A stretch of DNA of 55,784 nucleotides from Octopus sinensis (GCF_006345805.1 NW_021833828.1:1-55784), one strand, 5' to 3'. Positions 26,023 through 40,257 are shown, counted from the stretch's first letter. The notes: generated by a model from the sequence alone, not told the origin. Made by a program: numbers and translations.

Positions 26023-26968
26023 GAAAAGAATAAAGATAATAAATACAGTTATGGTTCTTTACCATTCTTAGACATATTTTGGAACTCAAATCTTATATAC
26101 TCGAAACCAAACGCAAAAGAAAGAATGCAAAGTGTCCATGTTCTAGTTTGACCTGCGCAAAGAAAATGCTGAATTCTCGTCTGTGTTTGTGGTAGAAGCC
26201 AAAATGCAACTAGTGTACACAGATAAACAAAGAATCCAAGAATATCCCATTGAAAAGAGCATTATGAATTTTTATTTTCTGTTCCATGAGTTCGAATTCT
26301 TGACGGCACTGGTGTGTCAGTAAGGTTCTGGAGGAACAACATACAAGAAAAGTTCGTTGATTCGTCAATAGTTATCACTGTCCTAGGAAGATTTAGAACA
26401 AGGTGCTTATTGAAATATTTCGTTGATCGAAACCTCCCGAATATCACTCACTGAATATCTTTCGGATAAAACTGAGAAATCGCAGATGAGATAAAAATGT
26501 CCTGATAAACGTTGGAGATGCAATAAGATGTCTTTGTCCAATCAAAATTATTCAACTAATTAAAAGAGCCAATAGATTATTCTGTTGTTATTGGTCCATT
26601 AACACAGAATTGACCTGGATGGCGGATGGACCCGGTTCATATTTACAAAAAGTTGCACAATTATTTTTCAAATAATATAGAAAATTAACATTGTTAATGC
26701 AGCAAACAAAATAAGCTGCAAAAGCTATGGCCCTGAGAAGTTGGAAACACAGAGCTATTTGGATCCCAGTGGGTGGGGGGTGAAACTTTGACTACCGCTC
26801 CATGGGGCCTAAATGTAGGTCCATCGATCTGGTATTCAACATCAGTAGGCTTCTGGTGTTTTGTGACCATAGGAAAAGTAGGGCAACTCAAATTTCAAAA
26901 CAGACAAAAAAAATGGGGCAGAACATCATACACACACACATATGTATATGGATATATATTTAACACAG

Positions 26969-27000
<32 letters not shown>

Positions 27001-27011
27001 GAGAGAGAGAG

Positions 27012-27059
<48 letters not shown>

Positions 27060-27529
27060 GAGATTGCGAGAGAGAAACAGGAGGGTAGACACACAGACAA
27101 GCATAGATAAGTAGACATAGATAGAAAGATATATACTCAGGTAAATGGATGGTTAAATGCATACATACACACATAAGCGCACACAGACACATACACATAC
27201 ACACATATACACACACATATATATATATATATACATGCATACATTTATATATACATACCAGACAGACATACCAACATACACGCGTATATACATACATACA
27301 TACATACATACATACATACATACATACATACATACATACATACATACATACATACATACATACATAGACTGACAGACATAGAATGGCTGCATGAAATGGA
27401 AAATAAAATAAACACGGACAAAAACAAATATCATTGCAGAAATTGTATATATGACGTCTATATATTCCGACGTGCTTACACCTCCACACATTCAACACTC
27501 ACACACACACTTACTCACACACACACATC

Positions 27530-27627
<98 letters not shown>

Positions 27628-28183
27628 CTATATACATATATATATATATATATATACGTATATTTATTGAATGCTATACTTCCAAGTATTTCGCCCTTCA
27701 ACTTATTCGTCTTCACATTAAAACAAGTACAAATTCTACGATAGTTGATAGTTGTTCGTGGATTTACTGTTGATGTTTATTTATATCTTCTAAAGCATCT
27801 GCCATTTTTTCTCTTGTATTAAGTACACGAAACCTTTGCTTCCTTTTACATTTTACCATTATTCGTGTTTTTCGCAATTTGTTATGATTTACCATTTGTT
27901 TTCTAAGAGTTCTTTAGAATCCCACAGCTGTGCAAGTCCAGTGGAAATAAACTGAGATTTTTTTTCTCTGGGCAAGAAAACGTATCTTGTATAATGTTTC
28001 ATGTTTTCATACAGACCAAACATAAATTTACTTTTTCCTTTCTATTTCATCTTGTCTTTTTATTTTATTTTACTTTATAATCTCTTGGAGAGAAAACGTC
28101 CTGAAACAGTTTCTTTATGAAATGGTAACATTGATATTCACATACAAAAATAGAACATTACAATTTATAGTTCCTTTTGGATA

Positions 28184-28228
<45 letters not shown>

Positions 28229-28260
28229 TAATAATAATAGTAATAGTAATAGTAATAGTA

Positions 28261-28319
<59 letters not shown>

Positions 28320-28342
28320 CATTATTATTATTATTATTATTA

Positions 28343-28376
<34 letters not shown>

Positions 28377-28379
28377 CAC

Positions 28380-28410
<31 letters not shown>

Positions 28411-28899
28411 GTCGTCGTCGTCGTTGTTGTTGTTATAAGGAGGAGGAAGAGGCGGAGGAGGAAAGGAGGGAGGGAAGGAGGTAGTTGGATAAGGAACAGG
28501 AGATGCAGAAGTGCCCAAGATGCTGAGTACAGTGCAAGAAAAAGATATAACAGAATGGCAAGGGTGGGTACATGAAGGAAGTAGAAAGGAAAATCAACAA
28601 CAAAGGGAAAATACAGATTAAAAACAATAAAATATCATCAAGGTCTACAATAGAGAGGAACCATCTCGAACCATTGTTGATGGAGGTGAGTGGGGGCTCC
28701 ACCTAAATTCACAGAATAAACTTAACCCATCAAAAACAACCAAAGCGCCCTCTACCTGTTTATATGATAAGGATGGCATTTTATTTGCCACAAGGACGGT
28801 ACATGACAAGAACAAATTCTAAAGACAATGGCGGTGTTATATAGAACCGATTACTGATATAGAGACATGTAAAAACAATTAGAGGAAGTGTGGTAGATC

Positions 28900-29201
28900 C
28901 GGTCCCGGAAGGATGAAAGGTAATGTTGACTTAGGTGTGATTTGAACTCTAAACGTAAAGAGCCGGAAGAAATGCCACTAAAGATTCTGCCAGATCGCTT
29001 TCGTAATAATGGTTAATGGTTTCAAATTTTGGCACAAGGCCAGCAGGGTGTGGAGAGGAGCTAAGTCGATTATCTCGACCTCGGTGTTCAAATGGTACTT
29101 TTTATTGACCCCGACAGGATGAAAGTCAAAGTCGACCTTGGTGGAATTTGAACTCAGAAGATGAAGACGGTGTGCAAACGATTCTGCTAACTCGCCGCCT
29201 T
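28900..29201 (-). mobile_element. Two head-to-tail family-A SINEs
   Basis: AGGATGAAAG...TTTGAACTC bodies at ~28910 and ~29117. Confidence 0.75.
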
Positions 29202-29267
29202 AGGTCGCATTCTTAATAATAATTATAATAATGGTTTCAAATTTTGAATCAAGGCCAACAATTTCAG

Positions 29268-29709
29268 AAGGATTTTATGATTCAGTGCGACCTTGAAATA
29301 GGGAATAGAAAGTCAAACATAGTGTTAATTGAGAAAGAAAGCAAACGATGCTGGATCGTAGATACAGTATGTCCAGCTGACAACAAAGTATGCGATAAGA
29401 AAGAAAGAAATGTCAGTAGATATGACATATTAGCTTGGGAGGTTGAGCAGTTGTGGTCGCTGAAAAAGGTGGTAGTGGTACCAATAATTGTCGGAGCCCT
29501 GGGAACAGTGAGTAAAAATCTTGAGAAGTACATCGAAAAAATAGGGGCTGCAATAAGGGTGAAGCACTTGCAGAAAACAACACTGCTTGGAATCGGCCGA
29601 ATACTCCGGATGGTGCTAAAAAAATAAGGGATGTTGCCTTAGTTCACTGGTTGTGAACAGCTGACACTGTAGTCCATCTCCAGCATTAGAAGCTATGCAA
29701 AGACAATGA
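29268..29709 (+). pseudogene. 3' fragment of an R4/Dong-like element, family 3 (RLE domain + 3'UTR)
   Basis: DFMIQCD...WIVDTVCPAD...RYDIL..E...LW...VVPIIVGALG...LLGIGRILR; ends CAATG followed by (AAT)n. Confidence 0.85.
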
Positions 29710-29759
29710 ATAATAATAATAATCATAATAATAATATAATATAATAATAAAATAATAAA

Positions 29760-30308
29760 TGCCCTGATGCAGTACCAGGCAGTGGCTCTCATGGCTTCTG
29801 ATCTTAACTGACTGGAAGTGTTATCATGTACATTGTTTTGTCTTGGTATAAAAGATGGCTACAGCAAATATTCTGCTCAATACCACAGTTTGCTTGTCAG
29901 TTGTTTGACCTTAACCAGTTGAGCATGTCCCTTAGTGGCTGACGATATGTGCATCTCTGATCACGAGCAGAAGTAGTGGGGGAGCATCATGGCCATGTGT
30001 TGAGAGTGATTCTTTGGAGTTTGAATGGTTCACCTCTGGAAACAGGGTTTTTTTCAACATCCTAAAGCAACCCTTATTCAGGGACCGTTTGCGCAGGATG
30101 GGCTACTCAACCTGAAGAAAATTCTAACTGGGCCCCACCGCAAGGTCATGTGTGTGTTTATCTTGATATGAGATCACCATGTCGCGCACATATGGTTGTG
30201 ATGCATGTGCCTGGTGTACCTTTATCAGCGGGTAGTCATGATGGGTATATGGGCTTCGTATATTTTACCCCAGTGTCACTTTGATGGCATGAACTGCTCT
30301 CTCACTCA
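29760..30308 (+). mobile_element. ORF-less (AAT)n-associated retro-repeat (family D), most complete copy
   Basis: Starts after and ends before (AAT)n; homologous to 30340-30788 and 33000-33713. Confidence 0.75.
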
Positions 30309-30339
30309 ATAATAATAATAATAATAAATAATAATAATA

Positions 30340-30787
30340 ATGGGCTACAGCAAATATCTGCTCATACCACAGATTTGCTTAACTGATGGGAAGTGTTATC
30401 ATGTACATGTTTTGTCTTGGTATAAAAGATGGGCTACAGCAAATATTCTGCTCAATACCACAGATTGCTATGCCCTGATGCAGTACCAGGCAGTGGCTCT
30501 CATGCTTCTGATCTTAACTGATTGGAAGTGTTATCATGTACATTGTTTTGGTCTGGTAAAAAAGATGGGCTACAGCAAATATTCTGCTCAATACCACAGA
30601 TTTGCTTGTCAGTTGTTTGACCTTAACCAGTTGAGCATGTCCCTTAGTGGCTGACGATATGTGCATCTCTGATCACGAGCAGAAGTAGTGGGGGAGCATC
30701 ATAGCCATGTGTTGAGAGGGATTCTTTGGGGTTTGAATAATTCACCTCTGGAAACATGGGTGGTTCTTTCAACATCCTTAAACATCC

Positions 30788-30788
<1 letters not shown>
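30340..30788 (+). mobile_element. Family D copy with internally reiterated 5' segments, 3'-truncated
   Basis: Three staggered segments each containing GGGCTACAGCAAATAT...ATACCACAGATT. Confidence 0.75.
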
Positions 30789-30820
<32 letters not shown>

Positions 30821-30828
30821 TAATAATA

Positions 30829-32924
30829 ACAAGGTTGAACAAGCACCAGGACGAAAACAACCTGTTTCCAGAAGAGCAGAAAGGATGCCGCAAAGGCTCA
30901 TATGGCTGTAAAGATCAACTAATGATTAATAAAGCCATAACTGAAGACAGCCACAGAGAGAAGAAAGGCCTCAGTATGGCCTGGATCGACTACAAAAAGG
31001 CGTTTGATAGCATCCCCCACACATGGATCCTCGAAACACTAGCCATTAACAAAGTAGCACCAACAATTATAAAATTCATAGGACACTCTATGAATAAATG
31101 GCAAACAGTGCTACAGCTCCAAACAAAAGATGAAAACCAAAGCCATCCCCATTAGAAGAGGAATATTCCAGGGAGACACGCTCTCTCCACTCCTTTTCTG
31201 CTTGGCACTGTCACCTCTATCTGATATGCTAAATAGAACTGGATGCGGATATAAATGTTACGGCAAAACGATCAGCCATCTTTTATATATGGATGACCTA
31301 AAACTATACGCTTCAAATGACAAACAGCTGGAAACACTATTAAAGACAGTTCATGGATTTACCAAAGAAATAGATATGAAATTTGGATTAGAAAAATGCG
31401 CTAAAGTAACCCTGAAAAGAAGAAAACTAGTTAAGAGTAGATTAAACCAATGAAATAAAAGAATTAGACCAAAGTCAAACTTACAAGTACTTAGGAATCC
31501 ATGAACTAGATAAGACACAACACACACAAATGAAAGGGAAAATAAAAAAAGAATATTATAGACGAGTTAGATCAATACTAAAAACAGAGCTCAAAGCTAA
31601 AAGCAAGATAATTGGTATTAACACTTTAGCTGTCCCAGTTATAAGTTACAGCTACAATATCCTTAACTGGACACTAAATGAACTGACCAAAATAGATAGG
31701 AAAACAAGAAAAATAATGACAGGATCTAGGATGCATCACCCAAAATCTGACATAGAAAGACTATATATACAACGTATAGAAGGTGGTAGAGGCCTTATAC
31801 AGCTGAAAAACTACTATAAAATAACCACCATAGGACTGCAAAAATATCTACTTCAGAAAGAAGGAAAACTGATACAAATAGCGGCAAAACACGAGCAAAA
31901 CAAAAAACTGTTCTCAGTATTTAAGGAAGCTGACAAATACAAACAAGAAATCATACCATCTAACAAATATGAAAAAGAAGAAGAAGATGAAGAAACAACA
32001 AAAGCTATAAAACAAATGAAATCCAAAACTAGAACAGCAAAGAACCATGATAAAACGATGGCAAGAAAAGCCCCTTCATGGTAAATACTGGACTAAACTA
32101 AATGCAAAAGAAATAGACAAAGAAAAATCCCAGCAATGGTTGAGAAGCTCAGGACTCAAAGCAGAGACAGAGGGATTTTTAATTGCAGCACAAGACCAAA
32201 GCCACCCCGCCAGAAATTACTAAAAACATGTAATGAAAAGAAATATAACAAGTAACTGCAGAATATGTGGAGATGGACAAGAAACAATAAATCATATTAT
32301 CTCTGGCTGCCCAGTCCTGGCTAAGAAGGAATATATTCACAGACATGACAGAGTTAGAACCTACATACACTGGAAGCTATGCCAACATTATGGAATAACA
32401 AGAGAAAAAAGATGGTATAGGCACACACCAGAAAAGGTCACAGAAAACGAGAAAGCAACCATACTCTGGGATATGCCGATACACACAGATAGAGAAATTA
32501 AGGCCAACAGACCAGATGTAGTTGTCAGAGATCATGAAGAAAAAATATGCTTTCTAATTGATGTATCAATACCGGCTGTTGACAACGTGTCTCTAAAAGA
32601 AATGGAGAAACTTTCAAAATACAAAGACCTGGAAATAGAGGTAACCAGAATGTGGAATCAAAAAACAGAAACAATCCCTATCATAGTAGGTGCATTAGGC
32701 ATGATAAAAAAATATTCAGAGAAATACATAACAGAAACATCAGGACTTACAAACACATATAACATACAGAAAATTGCACTACTAGGCACTGCACACATCC
32801 TACGCAAAACACTTTCCATACAATAACCATCAGAGCATCACAACAAATCACAGCACATACCCAAGGCACACAGAGCTGCGCTCGGTAGTGAAGTGAAAGC
32901 ACGCTATAAAAATAAAACTACTGA
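30829..32924 (+). mobile_element. 5'-truncated R4/Dong-like non-LTR retrotransposon, family 2 (disrupted RT-CCHC-RLE ORF ending at 32826)
   Basis: EEQKGC...[34 protein letters not shown]-x8-H-x4-C, RHD, NRPDVV...LIDVSIP...KLSKYKDL; several frameshifts; (AAT)n on both sides. Confidence 0.92.
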
Positions 32925-32939
32925 ATAATAATAATAATG

Positions 32940-32975
<36 letters not shown>

Positions 32976-32999
32976 TAATAATAATATAATAATAATAAA

Positions 33000-33713
33000 G
33001 TACCAGGCAGTGGCTCTCATGGCTTCTGATCTTTACTGGTTGGAAGTGATATCGTGTACAAGTTTTGTCTTGGTATAAAAGATGGTCTACAGCAACTATT
33101 CTGCTCAATACCTATTTTTTTACTACCCACAAGGGGATAAACACAGAGAGGACAAACAAGGACAGACATAGGTATTAAGTCGATTACATCGACCCCAGTG
33201 CGTAACTGGTACTTAATTTATCGACCCCGAAAGGATGAAAGGCAAAGTCGACCTCGGCGGAATTTGAACTCACAACGTAACGCAGACGAAATACCGCTAA
33301 GCATTTCGCCCGGCGTGCTAACGTTTCTGCCAGCTCGCCGCCTTCTGCTTAATACCACTGATCTGCTTGTCAGTTATTTGGCCTTAACCATTTGAGCATG
33401 TCCCTTGGTGGCTGACGATATAAGCATTCCTGATCACGAGCAGAACTAATGAGGAAGCATCATAGCCGTGAGTTGAAAGGAATTCTTTGGGGTTTGAATA
33501 ATTCACCTCTGGAAATATGGATGTTTCGTTCAACATCCTTAATCAACCTTTATTCAAGGACCTTTTGAGTATGATGGGCTACCCGACCTGAAGAAAATTC
33601 TAAACGGGCCCTACCTGCAAGGTAATGCGCTGTTTATCTTGATATGAGATCACCATGTCACACATATATGGTTGTGATGCATGTACCTGGCGTACCCTTA
33701 TCAAACGGTTAGA
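33000..33713 (+). mobile_element. Family D copy interrupted by a SINE
   Basis: Colinear with 29771-30233 on both sides of the 33113-33342 insert. Confidence 0.75.
33113..33342 (-). mobile_element. Young full-length family-A SINE with a 14-bp target-site duplication
   Basis: TTCTGCTCAATACC (33099-33112) and TTCTGCTTAATACC (33343-33356) flank the insert. Confidence 0.9.
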
Positions 33714-33739
33714 AATAATAATAATAATATAATAATATA

Positions 33740-33793
<54 letters not shown>

Positions 33794-33911
33794 GGAAAGT
33801 ATTAGATAGCTGAAAAGAACGGATAGTATGGTTGCATGTAGCAAGCCCGCTACGCATGCAAGACTCCAGGAGCTCCAACAAAACCGGTGATAAAGAGAAA
33901 TAATAATAATA

Positions 33912-34116
33912 TTCCTTTCTATTACAGGCACAAAACCTGATATCTGGGGGGAGGGGCTAGTCGATTATAGCGACCCCATTACTTGACTGGTACTTTATTT
34001 TATCGATCCCGAAGGATGAAAATTAACCTCTGTCTAATTTGAACTCAATGTAAAGACGGACGAAATGCCGCTAAGAATTTTGCTCGGCACACCAACGATT
34101 CTGCCAGCTCGCCACC
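33912..34116 (-). mobile_element. SINE family A
   Basis: Reverse complement begins GGTGGCGAGCTGGCAGAATCG; conserved body; (AAT)n flanks. Confidence 0.8.
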
Positions 34117-34710
34117 ATGATAATAATAATAATAATAACAATAAACAAAATGAGAATAAGAATCAATTTTATTAGTCACCAAAAAACGGATGGCTACGAG
34201 ATTACTTTTATAGGCAGTTAGTTGTACATCTATTATAATAGACTTAAAACTGAACAAAATGCTATTTAGTAAACGAGATTAAAATCATATTTTTCTTCTT
34301 TTTCAATAAATTGGATTTCAATGATACTTCATTAGGAAAACATATATACTATAATTTATATTCATTTGAAAATATGAGGCAATTTATTGGCTTCCATATT
34401 TTAATATACATACATATAAATATATCTTTTAAGATATATATTTATATATACGTATATATGTATGTATATATTAATTTTCTTTCTCTTTTTTTTTTGGTTG
34501 ATTTCAGCTGAAATTGTGGAATTATCTAAATGACTAGGGATATAAAAGTTCTAACGAACAATTTCTGCTGCTGTCGTTTCGGTAAGCATGCTGATTTAGC
34601 AAATATTAAATTTTGTGAAAACAATTTCGATAATTGTCTTTTAAGAGGAGAGCTTTGTTAACGTTCATTTCAAGTTGGTTCAGTTGCTTTTTACGAGTGA
34701 TTCGCTTTTT

Positions 34711-34839
<129 letters not shown>

Positions 34840-34944
34840 TCTCTCTGTATATACATATACATATATGCATATATACACACAAATGCATACATATATTGCT
34901 GTACATACGGACATAAACATTTACACACACACACATATCTACAT

Positions 34945-35036
<92 letters not shown>

Positions 35037-35344
35037 ATACATATACTTATATATACATACAGACATATATGCATATACACACAAATATATATATATGCAA
35101 GTGTGTGTACACACACTCACACACGTGTATGTATGTGTGTGTATGTATGTATGCATGTATGTATGTGTGTATGTATGTGTGTGTATATTTGCATGTATGT
35201 ATATATTTGCATGTGTGCGTGTCTGTGTGTATATGTATGTACATGGGTACGGGTGTGTTGACTGTGTGCGTGTATATATTTACACATATATGCATACGCT
35301 TACATACACACACACACGCTGTGTGTGTGAGTCTGTTAGTATGC

Positions 35345-35410
<66 letters not shown>

Positions 35411-37135
35411 ATTTATATTCTTTTCGTAAACCTCGCTCATATTTATTACACTCGTTCGACGTATGATACAGTTTTAATTCCCACAAAAACGACTTTCAAA
35501 CGGAAATGGTCGCCATGTTTCTCGATGTGAATTTAATCACTATTCCTGTAGCGATATTAATTATTTGTCAACTGATGTTAACAGGAATAAATAAATTTCC
35601 TTCAAAATATTTCAAAGCCGGAGATTTATTTGAGCAAAAGCCATAGATTTTGAACTTTACCATTTTGTTGTAAAACATATTCTGTGAAACATTTCTTACA
35701 AACCTGTTTGACAACGATGTAAGGAGTACGTGTTCCGATTCGCTAGAAATAGTAGTCAAATATCTCTTGAATCTCACGAGCGAGTGAATAAAATTTACTA
35801 CATATTTTGAGAACTTTTTCTCCCGTTTATACTTGTATATAGTGAAAGAGAAAGTGAGAAAGAGGAAGAAAGAGAAAGAGAAAGAGAGAGAGAGTGTGTG
35901 TGTGTGTGTGTGTGGATGTTTGTCATGTGACCCTTACGTGGCAGCGTAAACATATTCAAATATATTCATAACTTACTTAACCTGAAGCTATAACATTAAC
36001 AATTTAGCCCTCTTTAGAAATAGTTTTATAGGCTTCCATAGAATATAGGCTTCCATGAACTATAAGCTGCCGGACGATACTGGCTGCCATACAATATAGA
36101 ATTTGGTTTATGAAGCTTCCTTGATTTCTCAGATTCCTATGCTCGGGTAATTAGGAGCTGAGCAATTATGGCCAGGAGTGCGATGATGACCGGATAATTA
36201 GGAGATATCAGATGTTTGATTTTGAACGACAATAGAATGAAATCTGAAGGAGAAAAGTGATGAGAATGATAGCAACGAAATACAATGCAGAATACACATA
36301 CGTATACACTCGTACTGACATATATACGTACATACTCACACATACTGACATACGCACGCATACATAAATATATACACGCCTAACACATATAGATAGATAC
36401 ATTTACACATACACATGATATTCCACCTCTATCCGCTGTAATTATGCTTTAAAGGTCAATAATAGATGTTTGACAAATAACAATTGACTGATACAATACA
36501 ATGTTTGACTAATGACAATTGACTGGTGCAATACAATGTTGGACTATATCAGTGATATCCTACCATTTATATAGACATGGAGAAGAATTACTGCCACATT
36601 TCTCGATTTAAGACAATCCAAAATTTGGGATTAGAGGAAGTGAAGAAATCTCGAATTCCACTCACAGACTTTCTTCTTCTTCTTCTTCTGCCTCTTTCTC
36701 TTCCTCTTCTTCTCTGAACATTTTTCCTGCACTGTTGCTAGTTTGGGGTTTTATTTTTAACTTTCTATTTTATTTGTCCATCCTGAAAATCTTGACCGTT
36801 TTTCGAAATCTAGAGGTCGAGACCATTGGTTCCCGTGCAGACAAATACACTCAGACCGTCACCCTAGAACTTTGGGAAACTTTCTTGCTCCTTCCCTCTC
36901 TTGAGAAGTCTTGGAGTAGAGATGAGTATTTAGTGAGGCTTAGGATTAATGTGGGTATTTCACGAATCATAGGTTAGAGATGGGATACTTCTCTCTCCCT
37001 AGAGCTGAGTTTTTGATTCGGTTTCGCTTTTCAATAGAATTCGATTCATATTTGTCGCCTTCCTTTACAGACAATATTATGGAATGAACGTCAGAGCATG
37101 AGCTTCCCTTCTTTAAAACACTTTATCGTATTACA

Positions 37136-37500
37136 GTGCGCTGTGTGGTAAGAAGTTTGCTTCCCAGCCAACACGGTTCCCGGTTCATTCCCACTGCGTG
37201 GCACCTTGGGCAAGTGTCTTCTGTTATAGGTCTAAGCCATCCAAAGCCTTCTGAATGGATTTGGTAGATGGAAACCGAAATATGCACGTGTATGCCTTTG
37301 TATTTGCCTCTCACCACTCTTGACAACGAGTGGAGGTCTATTTACTTCACTGTAACTTAGCGGTTCGGCGAAAAGAGACCAATAAATAAGTACCAGGCTT
37401 AGAAAAGAATAAGTACTGGGTGGGGCGCATTTGCTCGGCTTAACCCTTCATGGCTGCGCCCCAGTATGGCCGCAGTCTGAAGGCTGCAGCAAATAGAAGA
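37136..37500 (+). mobile_element. SINE family B
   Basis: GCTGTGTGGTAAGAAGTTTGCTTCCC...GGTTCATTCCCACTGCGTGGCACCTTGGGCAAGTGTC; second half homologous to 1850-2039. Confidence 0.8.
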
Positions 37501-37898
37501 TATATTTAAACATTAGAACAACTGACCCATAACTGTCTTTTCCACGCGTTATAGAGATTTCTTCAACATTAATTCTTCATTTAGTTCCTTAAACTATCTC
37601 GACCGGTTTTAGCTATTTACTTTTATTGCCGTTTCGCATTTTACGATTAAGCCGAACTTAGCTTCGCCAATAATAAAAGCGCAGCTAAAACTCCACTTTA
37701 CGTATTGCTAAAAAAAAAATTGACAAAACATTCTAGTTTCACTTTGCAAGGAAAGAAGAGTTTCATGAATTTAAAAAAAATTGATTTCATCTTATTTTAT
37801 TTTATTTTCCTGAAGTAAATGAAGGTGACATGGAGATCTGATGAACCAGTTAACGATGTCAAATTCATTCAGCCTTATCGGACTTAACTCTTCTATTT

Positions 37899-38238
37899 GT
37901 TTTACTTGTTTCAGTCATTAAACGGCGGCCATGCTAGAGCACCCCTTCGAAGAATTTTTACTTGAATGAATCGACCCCAGTACTTACATATTTTTTAAAG
38001 ACTAGTACTTATTCTCTCGGTCTCTTTTGCTGAACCGCTAAGTTACGGGGACGTAAACACACCAACACCTGGTGTCAAGGGGTGGTAGAGAACACACACA
38101 CACATTCATATATATATATACGACAGGCTTATTTCAGTTTCCGTCTCCCAAATCTACTCTCAAGGCTTTGGTCGGTCCGAGGTTACTGTGGAAGGATGGA
38201 CCCAAGGTGCCACGCAGTGCGAATGAACCCGGAACCAA
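37899..38238 (-). mobile_element. SINE family B, 5'-truncated (followed by a family-A 3' fragment at 38295-38420)
   Basis: Reverse complement homologous to 1700-2039. Confidence 0.8.
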
Positions 38239-38981
38239 TGAGAAGATATTTATTTATCCATACAAACACATAAACAATATTAGTTTTAAATATTTATTCT
38301 TTATTACCCACAGGAGGCTAAACATGGACTGGACAAACAAGGACAGTCAAAGGGATTTTTAGTCGATTACATCGACCCCAGTGCGTAACTGGTACTTATT
38401 TAATCGACCCCGAAAGGATAAAATGTAATGGAAGATTAATGAGCAATTTTTTTATAAATGAGTCTGTTAATTATTTTGTCTTTGGGGTTGCGATTTCAGA
38501 AATTTCCCGTCATTCCTACCAAACCCTTGTTTAACCCCAAGTTAATCCAGGTCAGACCTGAACGGAAAGTCATCTGGGAAAAGACGTTCCTAAGGTGGCT
38601 ATTCTGTCTCTTCATCAGACACGCAAAAGCTAAGCTCCATTCTCCAATGTACTCTTTCTAGTTTGAAGATAGAAGGGTATGATTTCAGTTAGATTTAACT
38701 GAACGGATTTGTAATCGAAGTCATTCCAACCGTGACCATTCCGTACTATTTTATATATATGATTACATTATCCAGTGCCACTTGGTGTATTTCGAGGGGC
38801 TTTTAGCTGATATTTCAGTTTTCACCAGTGGTACATCATTTATTTATCATCGAATTATAAGTTCGAAACTCATGGCTGTTTTTAATTTGATTTCGAGCAA
38901 ATGTAATATTTATTGATTTCTCGTTATTACTACACGTAAACAAATTGAGGAAAGGGGTAGAGTCGACTGCATCATCACAGC

Positions 38982-39030
38982 ATATTACTGATACGTGTTT
39001 CGGTTTATTTTTACCTCATCAGTGTAGTAT
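38982..39030 (-). ncRNA. Type I hammerhead ribozyme-like motif
   Basis: atactaca-CTGATGA-GGT aaaaataa ACC-GAAAC-ACGT-ATC-agtaatat; canonical core, near-palindromic stem III. Confidence 0.55.
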
Positions 39031-40208
39031 TGTCTACAAAATGAATTAAGGAGATAACTGAGACAAGCCAATGACGGGAATGTTGATTATTAAGTTAAGG
39101 AGTCGGGATACATTGAATGTCGAATGCAAAGAGATATTGTTAATTATCTGAATTACCTTTGAGTTGGAGAAAGACAAGAAAAACTTATTTAAGATTAGTC
39201 CCGTGTTTATTAGTCCTGTGTTTAATTAGCATAATCCTTAATTAACAATGTCAAAGGAACAAAATGGGCGAATTCATTTCTCACCGAAAGAGTTCATTCA
39301 TTTTCCCATTTTGTGGTTCTATATTTTCTTTCTGTGTTTTCCTAAAGAATAAAAACTCTGTTATCTGGGCAAGTTATCTGCGACTGACAAATGTGATTTA
39401 GAGACAGAATTCATAATTCCTTCTCTTAATGTTCGATAAGTGTTGTCATATGAACTGTAAATTTGTGTAAGCATTCACAAATAGACTTTTAAATGCCCGT
39501 CACCAGAGAATAACACTACTTCGCTCCCCTCCCCCCACTTCAACGGCATATTGATTAACCCTCTTCGCTCGAGACTAGCTTTCATCACCATACACTCATA
39601 TAATTTCTCTCTAAACAGCTTTTATTAAGACTAATCAATGTTTCCTTTAAAGATAATCTACAGATCATCCAAACCTTAATTCAGTGCCAACACTTTTTAA
39701 CCTGCAATATATTATTCATCGCAAATGTATTTCTAATATAATATATTCGTTCCATTTTCAAAAATAACACACTATTTGCACTCTATTGAGCAGCTATTCA
39801 CTGAGATGTGCCTTTCATGTAATGTCTTCTCTACGCTATTGACACAAACAGTAATAACAGCTCTTACACTATTTGCTTCTTGCACCTATCTCAACACTAC
39901 TTCAGTCAGCTGTTTTCACAGATCTCTCCTTTAGTTGCTGCTAGTTCCAGCCACACCACAGACGTTCAGCTGGCGTTCATTAGGGCTATCAATTGTATTG
40001 TTGCCAAGAGATTGCAATTTCTCATAAATTGTCGCAGATAGATCTGGTTTATTTTGTTTGTTTTTCTTCTTGATATTGTTAAGAGTGTTATTTAAGAGAG
40101 ATCCCCTGTGAAAAGGATACATAACATCACTGATCGAGTTGTTTCTTTAATCAAATATTTGTGCGTGTGTGTGTGTGTACGTGGGAGAAAGAGACCGCGT
40201 GCGTATGC

Positions 40209-40257
<49 letters not shown>

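Noticed and set aside
25380-26640. Non-repetitive stretch that might be a decayed transposase or exon
   Set aside because: The frames I translated are closed and show no recognisable motif
30688-30828. Apparent N-terminal extension of the RT ORF
   Set aside because: Chance read-through from family D sequence and (AAT)n into a 5'-truncated LINE
36466-36546. 35-bp direct repeat, about 2.3 copies
   Set aside because: Ordinary local tandem duplication with no spacers
39931-40122. 63-aa minus-strand ORF in unique sequence
   Set aside because: No recognisable domain or exon structure
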